From a virus (Duplodnaviria > Caudoviricetes): DNA of 36,213 bases. The notes below the pieces were generated by a model. It did not search any database, was not told where the DNA came from, and saw nothing but the letters and a program-made list of their open reading frames with translations. Where the stretch lies: positions 1 to 36,213 of IMG/VR virus record IMGVR_UViG_3300023214_000730, one strand, 5' to 3'. Positions 18,973-26,835 of this stretch are shown piece by piece. A program made the position numbers and the translations under genes. Positions within the stretch are counted from its first letter, which is position 1. Each line of letters begins with the position of its first letter.

Positions 18973-19797
18973 GGCATATTTCCTTTTGGTTTGAGTTAAT
19001 GACGTCATCTTAGGTATCCATTCAGCAAATGAAATTAATTTGTCCGCTAAACCGATATTGATAGCTTCCTGGCCAAAGAAACAGCCAGCTTGAGTGCCTA
19101 GAATTTGCTCTGCTTTTAAGTTACGGTTACGAGAAACCAATTGGGTGAAAAGCCCATAGAGCCTATCGACTTCTAATTGAAGATTAGATTTAGCATCTTC
19201 TGTAATTGGCGTATGGGGATTTAAATCATTTTTATGTTGGCCTGCATAAACAGAAGTATATTGCAGCCCTTGCTTAGCATCATAACTGCTTTGATCAACA
19301 TGCGTGGCAATTACGCCAATGCTACCAACACCCGCTGTTTGGTTAAGTAAAATCTCATTGGCACAAGAGGCAATCGCATAGCCTGCTGAAAATGCTGATT
19401 CATTTACGAGAGCAATAATATTTTTTTCTTCGCGCAATTTAACCATAAAATCACACAAATCAAACAGGCCACTGATTTCACCACCGGGACTATCGATATC
19501 CAGCACAATTGTTTCAACATGGGGATTGGTTGCAGCATTTAATATCTTTTCCTGCAAGGCATCGTAGCTTGTCATGCCTAGCAGATCATCAAATAGACTT
19601 GCGCGCTTGGTTAAAATTCCATGCACAGGGATAAAAGCTACTGCATTACTTTTAGGATAATGATGCTCTTTCGCTTTAGTGCTAATCGTTGTTAAATTAC
19701 CGTGCATTAAATCTTTTGATAAATGCTCAAAAGCACTATATTCCAGCATCATTGGTCGCTGCATTAAGCAAAAATTTCTTGGGATTGTTTTATTCAT
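18664..19797 (-). CDS. S49 family capsid maturation protease (lambda gpC-like)
   Basis: LDIDSPGGE, AFSAGYAIAS, GVGSIGV motifs; probable start ATG 19797 (GGAG RBS, overlaps portal stop) rather than 19860. Confidence 0.93.
   Translation of the reverse strand: MNKTIPRNFCLMQRPMMLEYSAFEHLSKDLMHGNLTTISTKAKEHHYPKSNAVAFIPVHGILTKRASLFDDLLGMTSYDALQEKILNAATNPHVETIVLDIDSPGGEISGLFDLCDFMVKLREEKNIIALVNESAFSAGYAIASCANEILLNQTAGVGSIGVIATHVDQSSYDAKQGLQYTSVYAGQHKNDLNPHTPITEDAKSNLQLEVDRLYGLFTQLVSRNRNLKAEQILGTQAGCFFGQEAINIGLADKLISFAEWIPKMTSLTQTKRKYAMAEETIDIAALEDKAKLEGKHAYRESILELCRLCKLAKVPHKLSEFIEQDVRPDTARDFLLSHLAEQQPQDIVSIHAPKQGETTNPLVDIASKRAENNRRYV
19017..19047 (-). promoter_or_regulatory. Putative phage-sigma promoter GCGGACA-N15-CTGAATGGA
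   Basis: Motif copy inside the protease gene, about 45 bp upstream of the internal scaffold start. Confidence 0.68.
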
Positions 19798-21202
19798 TGC
19801 GTTTTTCTCCAACATCAGAATCAAAATGTAAGTCAAGAGCTTCAGCGCGCTTGCGATCATTGAAAATTTCCTGATCGATTTCTTCTACGTCATAACCTAA
19901 TTCTGAAACCACCTCGGAGCGACTTTTAAAACCATTACGCACTGCCATTTTCTGAGACTCTTGGTCTTTTAGAGGATCAACCCAATCAAAACCTTGAGGG
20001 ATCCATTTAACCGCTTTATAGCCAGCCTCATTTTTGGGCATTTGTATCGCATCTGAGATTAAGGCAAGCTCTAACCAGCGTTGCCATACGGGCCGGCAAA
20101 ATTGAAAGACCATGATGTGGTGCTGTAGCATCGCGCAGCGTCTTCTAAATTCGATTAAACCAGCCCTAATGGATGAATAATTAACTTCAGTTAAATCACC
20201 ACTGAGCTGCTCGTAAGTAATGCCCATACCAGCTGCAATAGAGCGCAACTGCTGGCGCATAAAAGCGGTATAATTGCCGCCAACATCAGATGGTTCTGAG
20301 AATTTGACATCTTCACCTGGATCTAATAATTGCATGGTGCCTGGCTCTAAACCTGCCATAGCAACACCTTGTGAATTATGTTCATCCTCACCCATAAAAT
20401 TACTTTCTGGATCAAGTCTGGTAATAAAGCCCGCAAACATTGCAGCGGTTTTTTTACGAACTAATTCTGCATCATCATATTGATCAAGCTCATAGAGTTT
20501 TAATAGCACCCGGCTTAACCAAGGCTCACCTCTGATTTGCCCGGGTCTATCCATACGATAAATATGTAAAACTTCAGAAGCTGGCACCCGAACAGATTGG
20601 CTGATATTTAATCGCTCACCTGGATGATTACGATAAAGATAATAAGCAACACGTTGACCCAAAGGATTAAACTCAATGCCACCTTGAATACTAAAACCAC
20701 CGGTTAATGGTTTATCTATGCTGTGATCTAAATGCTCAGCTTCTAATACCTGGAGCTGTAGTGGTACGGTTAACCCATCCTCTTTTCGTCTAACCCTAAA
20801 GCGAACTAAGCATTCACCACCTTCAATCATGCTGCGGCAAATGGCAGCTTGCAGGCCATAAAAATCTGTTAATTGATTACTATCAGCTTCGTCTGTCCAG
20901 GTAAGCCACAATGCTTGCACTTGTTTTCTGAACTCTGCATCCTGTGCTTTAGACTGCGGTTTTATTCCTGCGCCAACACAATTAGCAACTAAAGTTTCAA
21001 TAATATTGGCAGCATAAGGATTTTTGCGCACCATATCTCGGGAGCGATTACGCAATGCATCCATATGCTGAATGAGCAGTGGATTTATCGATTCATTTCC
21101 CGGCTGCCAATAAAGTAATCGGCGACCATTGCCAGAGGCATCCCAGGCGGTTGCTTTTGTTTTAGGTTTTTTAAATAATTGCTTTAGTGACTTTAAAATC
21201 AT
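19790..21202 (-). CDS. Portal protein, lambda family
   Basis: LRNRSRDMVRKNPYA, RPGQIRGEPW, NYSSIRAGL, WVDPLKD motifs. Confidence 0.96.
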   Translation of the reverse strand: MILKSLKQLFKKPKTKATAWDASGNGRRLLYWQPGNESINPLLIQHMDALRNRSRDMVRKNPYAANIIETLVANCVGAGIKPQSKAQDAEFRKQVQALWLTWTDEADSNQLTDFYGLQAAICRSMIEGGECLVRFRVRRKEDGLTVPLQLQVLEAEHLDHSIDKPLTGGFSIQGGIEFNPLGQRVAYYLYRNHPGERLNISQSVRVPASEVLHIYRMDRPGQIRGEPWLSRVLLKLYELDQYDDAELVRKKTAAMFAGFITRLDPESNFMGEDEHNSQGVAMAGLEPGTMQLLDPGEDVKFSEPSDVGGNYTAFMRQQLRSIAAGMGITYEQLSGDLTEVNYSSIRAGLIEFRRRCAMLQHHIMVFQFCRPVWQRWLELALISDAIQMPKNEAGYKAVKWIPQGFDWVDPLKDQESQKMAVRNGFKSRSEVVSELGYDVEEIDQEIFNDRKRAEALDLHFDSDVGEKRNE

Positions 21203-21426
21203 TTGCTCACCCCTTTGTGGGTTGCAAAAACAATACGGCGTTTATTAGAAGCCCCTCTGGATTTTAATTCTGCTCTAATTTTATTGCGTAAACTAATTAA
21301 CTCTTGTAAATCAACTTCGGCATATTTAACTGCATGATCGCCATAGGCAATAGATACCACGCGTTCACCGCTTTGCAGTTTTAAAATCGCCGCTTCCATT
21401 TGTTCTAAATCGTGTTCGCTATACAT
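21199..21426 (-). CDS. Head completion protein (lambda gpW-like)
   Basis: 75 aa, LQSGERVVSIAYGDHAVKYAEVDL; between terminase and portal. Confidence 0.85.
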   Translation of the reverse strand: MYSEHDLEQMEAAILKLQSGERVVSIAYGDHAVKYAEVDLQELISLRNKIRAELKSRGASNKRRIVFATHKGVSK

Positions 21427-23308
21427 GTTGATTCATCCATTTGCTTTTGACCACCTTGGCCCTTGGCTTTGCCTCAGCTTTAGGCTTAGTAGGGCTTACT
21501 GAGTTTTGTTCAGCTTTCACCGTTAAAGTGTCACCTGCTAATTTTTGCCACTGCTTATCACCCCAACGTTCAATCCCTAAAGCAATAGCCGCAGCTCGTG
21601 CATAGATTCTGCAATCCAGCGCTTCATTACGTTCGCGTACTTTTTGCCACTCGCGTTTGGGATATCCTTTGACGACTTTAGTGACCAATTGCTCGGCGGT
21701 AAGCTGCTTGAAATAGCCCGCATCATATTCTGGAAAGTGACAATAGCCAGGAGGATAGCCTGATTCTAATGCTGATAATTTTAATGCCTGATAAAATTCA
21801 GATTTCAATACTGAAACACCAACTGGCCAAAGCCTAACCCCGCGCCTTAACTTTCTGCCACGAATAGTTACATCTACTTTATTGGGCGTACCAAGTGGTA
21901 TTAGCGGCTTATCCATGCCTTTAATCGCCATCACTTGGGTTACTGATTGCTCGCGCACCCAAGCATAAACTTCTTGCGTTGAGAAACCCGCGTCAATGGC
22001 CAGCATGCTAATACGTTTATTGACTTTATCTTCTGCAGGATAGTAAGTTTGTAAAACTTCAGATAATTGCTGCCAAATATTTTCTTTTCCTGGGTCGCCT
22101 AATAGAATTTTATAATCTACCGACCAGCTTTCACGATTAGGTCCCCAGGCGACCACCTCAAGTTCTAATCTATCTTTTTGCACATCAACACCTGCCGTTA
22201 AGACCAGTCCACCACGCGGTACCACACCAATTTTATAATGCTCACGACGCTCATATAGGCGCTGCCAATCCGGCGCTTCGCCTTTATCAACCCAAGTTTC
22301 ACCAAGTGTGGTATTGACCCAGACTTTTAATAATTGCTCATTAGATTTAGCTTGTAAGAAATGTTTAACCGCATCTGCCCAGCTAAACCAACCAACTGGA
22401 CTGTAAAGACTAGATAAATGAAAGCCTGCAACTTTATTATTTGTTTTATTTTCTGCTTGCCATCTACCGTGCTCTAACATCCAGCTTTTTTGATGGTGAT
22501 CTATTTTTTGTTTGCAATGTAGGCATTGATAATAAGCTTGGTTTGGGTCGTCATCCCATTTTATTTGCGGCCACTTTAAAATTTGATATTCATTGCAGTG
22601 CGGACATGGCACCCAATAATGTCTTTGATCGGATGCTTCAAATTCATGCTCAATACGACTTAAGCCTTGAATGGTAGGGGTTGAGATTAATAATATTTTG
22701 CGCCTGCTAAAAGTATTGGTACGTTGAATAGCAAGATTAACTGGATCGCCTTCACCATCAGCATCCCCAGGATAGGCATCAATTTCATCTAAGAATAAAT
22801 ATCGCACTGGCATAGAGCGCAAACCAACAGCGCTATTAGCACCGGTTACAACAATAACACCACCTGTAAATTCTTTACTTTGTACTGTATTTCCAGAGTT
22901 TCTGGAGCGTGGATCTTTAACTTTATTTTGAATACAGGGCGTATCTTCAATTAGCGGTGCCAAGCGTCCTTTAGACCAACGCTTACCCATCTCAACAGTG
23001 GGTTGTACCACAAGCATAGGACCTGGCGCTTGATCGATAATATAGCCCACCCAGTTATTGCCAGCTTCAGTACCGCCTACTTGTGCCCCCTTCATAAAGA
23101 CAACTTTTTCAATAGGGGATGAAGGTGATAAAGCATCCATAATGCCACGCAAATAAGGCGTGCGCTCTGTTCGCCAGCGGCCAGGTTCAGCTGATGCTGT
23201 TTGTGATAACATGCGTGATTTATCTGCCCACTGGGATACCGTCAGCAAAGGATCGGGGCGCAAGCCACTATTAAAACTATCTGTATAAATTAATTCAGCT
23301 CTCATCAC
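21419..23308 (-). CDS. Terminase large subunit (lambda GpA family)
   Basis: MKGAQVGGTE Walker A, YLFLDEID Walker B, STPT, CPHC/CLHC, GVDVQ nuclease, RNEALDC. Confidence 0.97.
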   Translation of the reverse strand: MMRAELIYTDSFNSGLRPDPLLTVSQWADKSRMLSQTASAEPGRWRTERTPYLRGIMDALSPSSPIEKVVFMKGAQVGGTEAGNNWVGYIIDQAPGPMLVVQPTVEMGKRWSKGRLAPLIEDTPCIQNKVKDPRSRNSGNTVQSKEFTGGVIVVTGANSAVGLRSMPVRYLFLDEIDAYPGDADGEGDPVNLAIQRTNTFSRRKILLISTPTIQGLSRIEHEFEASDQRHYWVPCPHCNEYQILKWPQIKWDDDPNQAYYQCLHCKQKIDHHQKSWMLEHGRWQAENKTNNKVAGFHLSSLYSPVGWFSWADAVKHFLQAKSNEQLLKVWVNTTLGETWVDKGEAPDWQRLYERREHYKIGVVPRGGLVLTAGVDVQKDRLELEVVAWGPNRESWSVDYKILLGDPGKENIWQQLSEVLQTYYPAEDKVNKRISMLAIDAGFSTQEVYAWVREQSVTQVMAIKGMDKPLIPLGTPNKVDVTIRGRKLRRGVRLWPVGVSVLKSEFYQALKLSALESGYPPGYCHFPEYDAGYFKQLTAEQLVTKVVKGYPKREWQKVRERNEALDCRIYARAAAIALGIERWGDKQWQKLAGDTLTVKAEQNSVSPTKPKAEAKPRAKVVKSKWMNQHV

Positions 23309-23765
23309 GCGTTAACCCCTCTAAACTATTGCGTATCTCTTGGGATAAAAGCTCATGAATTTTACTAGCGTTATCAACAGAAGCTAATAAATTGGCGACT
23401 CTATCTGGAATATTTAATAAATTATCCCGCACAATACGGGCTTTATTAAACGCTGCTTGTTTAACTTCATCTACCGCAATTAATTCACCAATTTCCACTT
23501 TGGCTCTGGCTTCTAGTAGTTTACCGCGCTCCATTTCATTTTTAATACGGGTCTTTAATAGCAGGGTTGAAAGCTCTGTTGATTCTTGGCTGCTGCGTTT
23601 TTCTGTTTTACTTAAATCACGAATTGCAGCAAGCGCCATATCGGCTTGCTCTTCATCAACTTTACCTTCTACAGCTTTTAGCGTGCCTTCTTTGACCAAT
23701 TGATTTGCATATTGTCTGGAAAATCCATGTTTGCGCGCCCATTCAGCTTGTGAGATCAGTGCCAT
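23295..23765 (-). CDS. Terminase small subunit (Nu1-like)
   Basis: N-terminal HTH (SQAEWARKHGFSRQYANQLVKEG), coiled coil and GELIAVDEV; directly upstream of the large subunit. Confidence 0.85.
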   Translation of the reverse strand: MALISQAEWARKHGFSRQYANQLVKEGTLKAVEGKVDEEQADMALAAIRDLSKTEKRSSQESTELSTLLLKTRIKNEMERGKLLEARAKVEIGELIAVDEVKQAAFNKARIVRDNLLNIPDRVANLLASVDNASKIHELLSQEIRNSLEGLTRDES

Positions 23766-25014
23766 GATGTTTACTTATCTCACTATAGGTTTGATTGGTG
23801 CGGGCTAGAATTGCCTCTTTTTTACTGTAGCGCTGCCAGCGTTCAATGATGGTATCCACATATTTAGGCTCTAGCTCCATCATAGCGCAGCGACGATGCG
23901 TACTTTCTGCTGCCATTAGAGTCGTGCCAGAGCCACCAAAGGGATCTAACACTAAATCATTTTCTTTGCTGCTATTTTTAATCGCACGCGCCATTAACTC
24001 TACTGGTTTCATCGTAGGGTGTAGTGCATTATTGGTAGGTTTATTGATTTGCCAGATATCGCTTTGATTGCGATCGCCACACCAATGCCGCTCTGCATTT
24101 TTAGGCCAGCCATAAAGAATAGGCTCATATTGGCGCTGATAATCACTGCGACTTAATGAAAAATGATTCTTCGCCCAGATAATAAATGTGGACCAATGGC
24201 CACCATTTTCAACAAAAGCTTTCTGCAGCACATGTAATTCTGAGGCTGCCATGCAAATGTAAATTGCACCCTTAGTATGTTCAATAATATTGCGACAAAC
24301 AGCATTTAGAAATTCAGGGAAATTATCACCCAAATTATCATTGGCTATTTTGTTTTGATTCTGCCGGGTTTTATTGCGGATGGTATCCTTGAAACTTGCA
24401 CCGTAATTGACGTTATAAGGTGGATCTGAAACGGTGATGTCTGCTTTGTTATCTTCTAGCAATAATTGGTAATTATTGGGATCTAAACTATCGCCACAAA
24501 GCAAACGGTGATTGCCTAATAGCCATAAATCGCCTGCTTTGCTAATAACGGGCTTATCTTCTTTTGGCGTGCTGAAATTTTCTTCTGTAAATTCTTCTGG
24601 TTCCTCTGCATTTTCTAGATATTGGCTAATTTCGTCAAAATCAAAGCCAGTTAAATTCAAATCAAAATCAAGGGCAGCTAATTCTTCTAATTCAATTTTT
24701 AATAAGTCCTCATCCCAAGCTGCCCAATTTGCTGATTGATTGGCAAGCAGACGAAAAGCTTTAATTTGTGCATCAGTTAAATCATCTGCCAAAATAACAG
24801 GGAGATTTTTCAAGCCTAATTGTTTAGCGGCTTTAAAGCGTAAATGGCCATCAACAATAGTGCCATCACTTTTAGCAATGATAGGAATTCTAAAGCCAAA
24901 CTCTTGGATGGATGCAATCATCTTATCGATCACCGCATCATTTTTTCTGGGGTTGCGTGCGTAGGCGATTAATTTGTCGATTGGAAATTCTTTGATAGAA
25001 AGTGATTGCGCCAT
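23743..25014 (-). CDS. ParB-like N-terminal domain fused to N6/N4 DNA methyltransferase
   Basis: YARNPRKN, FGFRIPI, IVDGHLR (ParB-like); DPPYN, HPTMKP, LDPFGGSGTT (MTase); probable start ATG 25014. Confidence 0.93.
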   Translation of the reverse strand: MAQSLSIKEFPIDKLIAYARNPRKNDAVIDKMIASIQEFGFRIPIIAKSDGTIVDGHLRFKAAKQLGLKNLPVILADDLTDAQIKAFRLLANQSANWAAWDEDLLKIELEELAALDFDLNLTGFDFDEISQYLENAEEPEEFTEENFSTPKEDKPVISKAGDLWLLGNHRLLCGDSLDPNNYQLLLEDNKADITVSDPPYNVNYGASFKDTIRNKTRQNQNKIANDNLGDNFPEFLNAVCRNIIEHTKGAIYICMAASELHVLQKAFVENGGHWSTFIIWAKNHFSLSRSDYQRQYEPILYGWPKNAERHWCGDRNQSDIWQINKPTNNALHPTMKPVELMARAIKNSSKENDLVLDPFGGSGTTLMAAESTHRRCAMMELEPKYVDTIIERWQRYSKKEAILARTNQTYSEISKHHGTDLTS

Positions 25015-25035
25015 GTCTGTTTTTTTACCCTTATT

Positions 25036-25124
25036 CGTCAAGCGTCAAGGTTGACAACCATTTTCACCCTAACCAAATCCTGCGGCTCTGCCACCCAACT
25101 AACTTAAATAGCCAGGAAGGACCC
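25036..25124 (-). other. Lambda-like cos packaging site (cosQ, cosN-like 12-mer, downstream repeats)
   Basis: Minus strand GGGTCCT (25124-25118), 21 nt, GGGTGGCAGAGC (25096-25085), CGCAGGATTTGGTTA, then GGTTGTCAACC palindrome and CTTGACG x2. Confidence 0.75.
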
Positions 25125-25232
25125 GATATTTCCTACGCCACCATGTCTGGCGTCTATGTTATGAGCGATTAACGCTTAAATTAGCTGGTTTAACTCATGA
25201 CGTTTCAATTCCTCTAATGTTTTGTCTCTTCA

Positions 25233-25484
25233 CTATCTGCTATATTCAGCATTGCCCGTAAAAATGTCCGCCCAATTAAATATTTTTTGCAGATATTTTT
25301 TTAAGCCACATGCTCTTGCAGTAAGTGCTTGATGATTATATTCAGCAATGCAAAATAATGTGTCCGCTAAATCGAATATTTTTTTACACCTTGCTTTCAT
25401 CAAATCAATCCAACTGCAATTACCACAATCCATACATTCAGAGTTGTGATTTAATCTGTCCGCTAAAACAAAAACATTTTTCAT
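25233..25484 (-). CDS. Hypothetical 83 aa ORF reading through the three 96-bp repeats (may be non-coding)
   Basis: ATGA overlap with the upstream stop at 25484-25481; three F..AD.....[AS]E[YC] repeats. Confidence 0.35.
   Translation of the reverse strand: MKNVFVLADRLNHNSECMDCGNCSWIDLMKARCKKIFDLADTLFCIAEYNHQALTARACGLKKYLQKIFNWADIFTGNAEYSR
25241..25463 (-). promoter_or_regulatory. Three tandem putative phage-sigma promoters GCGGACA-N15-CTGAATRTA at 96-bp period
   Basis: Copies at 25241-25271, 25337-25367 and 25433-25463, each preceded by an A/T tract; upstream of cos and the packaging/head operon. Confidence 0.72.
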
Positions 25485-25735
25485 TTTAATTCTGCCAAAC
25501 AAGCCGCATAGCCAATCACATCCACTAAGCTATCAAAATGCTTTGGGTTATGCTGCAATCGCGCCAATTTAAAATCTAACATCATAAGCGCTACCTCTGG
25601 CGCTGAGAGCTCTTTATTCAGCAATACTGACCATCTCCTTGCAATACAGTTAAAATTATCCTTAGGGCTACCATAATCCTTCTGACGCTCTTCTAAAAGC
25701 GTTGCCACATGTTCAAGTAGTTGTTTGCTTCGCAT
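25481..25735 (-). CDS. DUF6378-like phage protein
   Basis: ERQKDYGSP..NF..IA..WS, VALMM..KLAR, DSLVDVIGYAA pattern. Confidence 0.8.
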   Translation of the reverse strand: MRSKQLLEHVATLLEERQKDYGSPKDNFNCIARRWSVLLNKELSAPEVALMMLDFKLARLQHNPKHFDSLVDVIGYAACLAELK

Positions 25736-26180
25736 GTTCCTGACTCCAAAATAAAATAGCTAAAGCATCTGCCTCGTTATCATCTACCGGATCAAATCCT
25801 TTATCCCTGGCAGCTTGTAGCATTGCTTCTTTGCTTGCATTACCAGCACCGGTCATAAATTTTTTAATCACCCCAACACCAACGCCTTGATAGGCAACTT
25901 CATGATCTTCACACCAAGCAGTTAGGTGCGCTAAAAACCCACCATAAACGTGAGCTGCATCAACACCTAAGTGCCTGCGTACTTCTTCAAAAAATACCAG
26001 CCTAATGTCCGCTTTAGTTTTTAAATCATCTAGCCAATGACGGAATTGCAAGAAGCGCATGCCGCCACCACTAAAGCGCGAGGTATGAAAACTTTTGCTG
26101 CCGCTAACAATCTTGCCATCAGCGAGCAGCGCAAAGCCGGTCTGTGTGCCTAAATCTAATGCAAGTATTGCAGCTGACAT
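25713..26180 (-). CDS. RuvC-like Holliday junction resolvase (phage type)
   Basis: ILALDLGTQTGFA, FEEVRRH, GAGNASKE, DDNEADALA acidic catalytic motifs. Confidence 0.88.
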   Translation of the reverse strand: MSAAILALDLGTQTGFALLADGKIVSGSKSFHTSRFSGGGMRFLQFRHWLDDLKTKADIRLVFFEEVRRHLGVDAAHVYGGFLAHLTAWCEDHEVAYQGVGVGVIKKFMTGAGNASKEAMLQAARDKGFDPVDDNEADALAILFWSQEHAKQTTT

Positions 26181-26214
26181 GATTACCCTTAGCTGTTGTT
26201 TGTCTCTTGGGTGA

Positions 26215-26245
26215 TATGTTCAGCAATGGATAATGAGATGTTCGG
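26215..26245 (-). promoter_or_regulatory. Putative phage-sigma promoter CCGAACA-N15-CTGAACATA
   Basis: Intergenic motif copy 35 bp upstream of the resolvase start. Confidence 0.62.
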
Positions 26246-26302
26246 CTAAGAAAAAATAATAACAAAGATAAGTCTTACAACTAATATGCGTTTCTGTGTC
26301 AG

Positions 26303-26555
26303 TTTCCATTGCCACATAGATATTTATAAATATGGAAAATGGTAATGACCATTTCCATATATTTTATATATATAGGAACCCGGAAAGCCGGAAAGCGCTT
26401 ATATATCAAGGGTTTAGCTCGATTTATTTCCGGAAAGCAAGCATGGAAATGGAAAGCAGTGGAAAGCTCGCAAGCCCTTGATTTATATGGGTTTATTTGA
26501 TTTCCATCTCGTTTCCATCGCTCTGCTTTCCATGGAAAGCTGGAAACCGGAAAGC
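26303..26555. repeat. Iteron-like GGAAA(GC) cluster with AT-rich core; putative replication origin
   Basis: 10 GGAAA + 6 TTTCC in about 250 bp, 16-bp palindrome GCTTTCCATGGAAAGC (26525-26540), inverted ATCAAGGG/CCCTTGAT pair, AT tracts near 26316-26333 and 26357-26374. Confidence 0.7.
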
Positions 26556-26678
26556 AGTTTGCCACCTTATGTCATCCTTCTAAACACAAAAAATCACCAC
26601 CAAAACACCATCATTGTTAGCAGCAAAACTGAGCAATTTTTAGCGCCAAATCCCCCAAATTCCAGCAATTGATTTTTG

Positions 26679-26764
26679 CGGTCTTATTTAAATTACCCGC
26701 GATCTGATTCTCATATTCCCCATCCCATAACAACAGGGCTTTAGTAATCAGCCCGGTCTTATTT
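26679..26764 (+). repeat. 11-bp direct repeat CGGTCTTATTT x2 upstream of the sigma gene (candidate operator)
   Basis: Exact copies at 26679-26689 and 26754-26764. Confidence 0.4.
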
Positions 26765-26835
26765 GAAAAGTTAGCGTCCCTGCTGAAGTTTCGCCGTTCT
26801 CGGCATTCTTGAAAGAAACCAAACAGGGAGCCGTT

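Noticed and set aside
727-24964. Many short plus-strand ORFs opposite structural genes
   Set aside because: Antisense shadows of well-supported minus-strand genes, without recognisable motifs
23743-25014. Methyltransferase as part of a restriction-modification system
   Set aside because: No cognate restriction enzyme; orphan ParB-MTase fusions before terminase are common in this phage type
25135-25198. Small hairpins between the promoter array and cos as an ncRNA or terminator
   Set aside because: Stems are only 5-7 bp with no U-tract; not distinguishable from chance without covariation data
25241-25463. 96-bp periodic repeats as a mini CRISPR array
   Set aside because: Only two short boxes and an A/T tract are conserved, with a variable 15-nt interior; no identical palindromic repeat; the same motif occurs singly before other operons
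26299-26672. ORFs 26299..26565(-) and 26478..26672(+)
   Set aside because: They read through the iteron cluster and have no recognisable protein features; probably spurious
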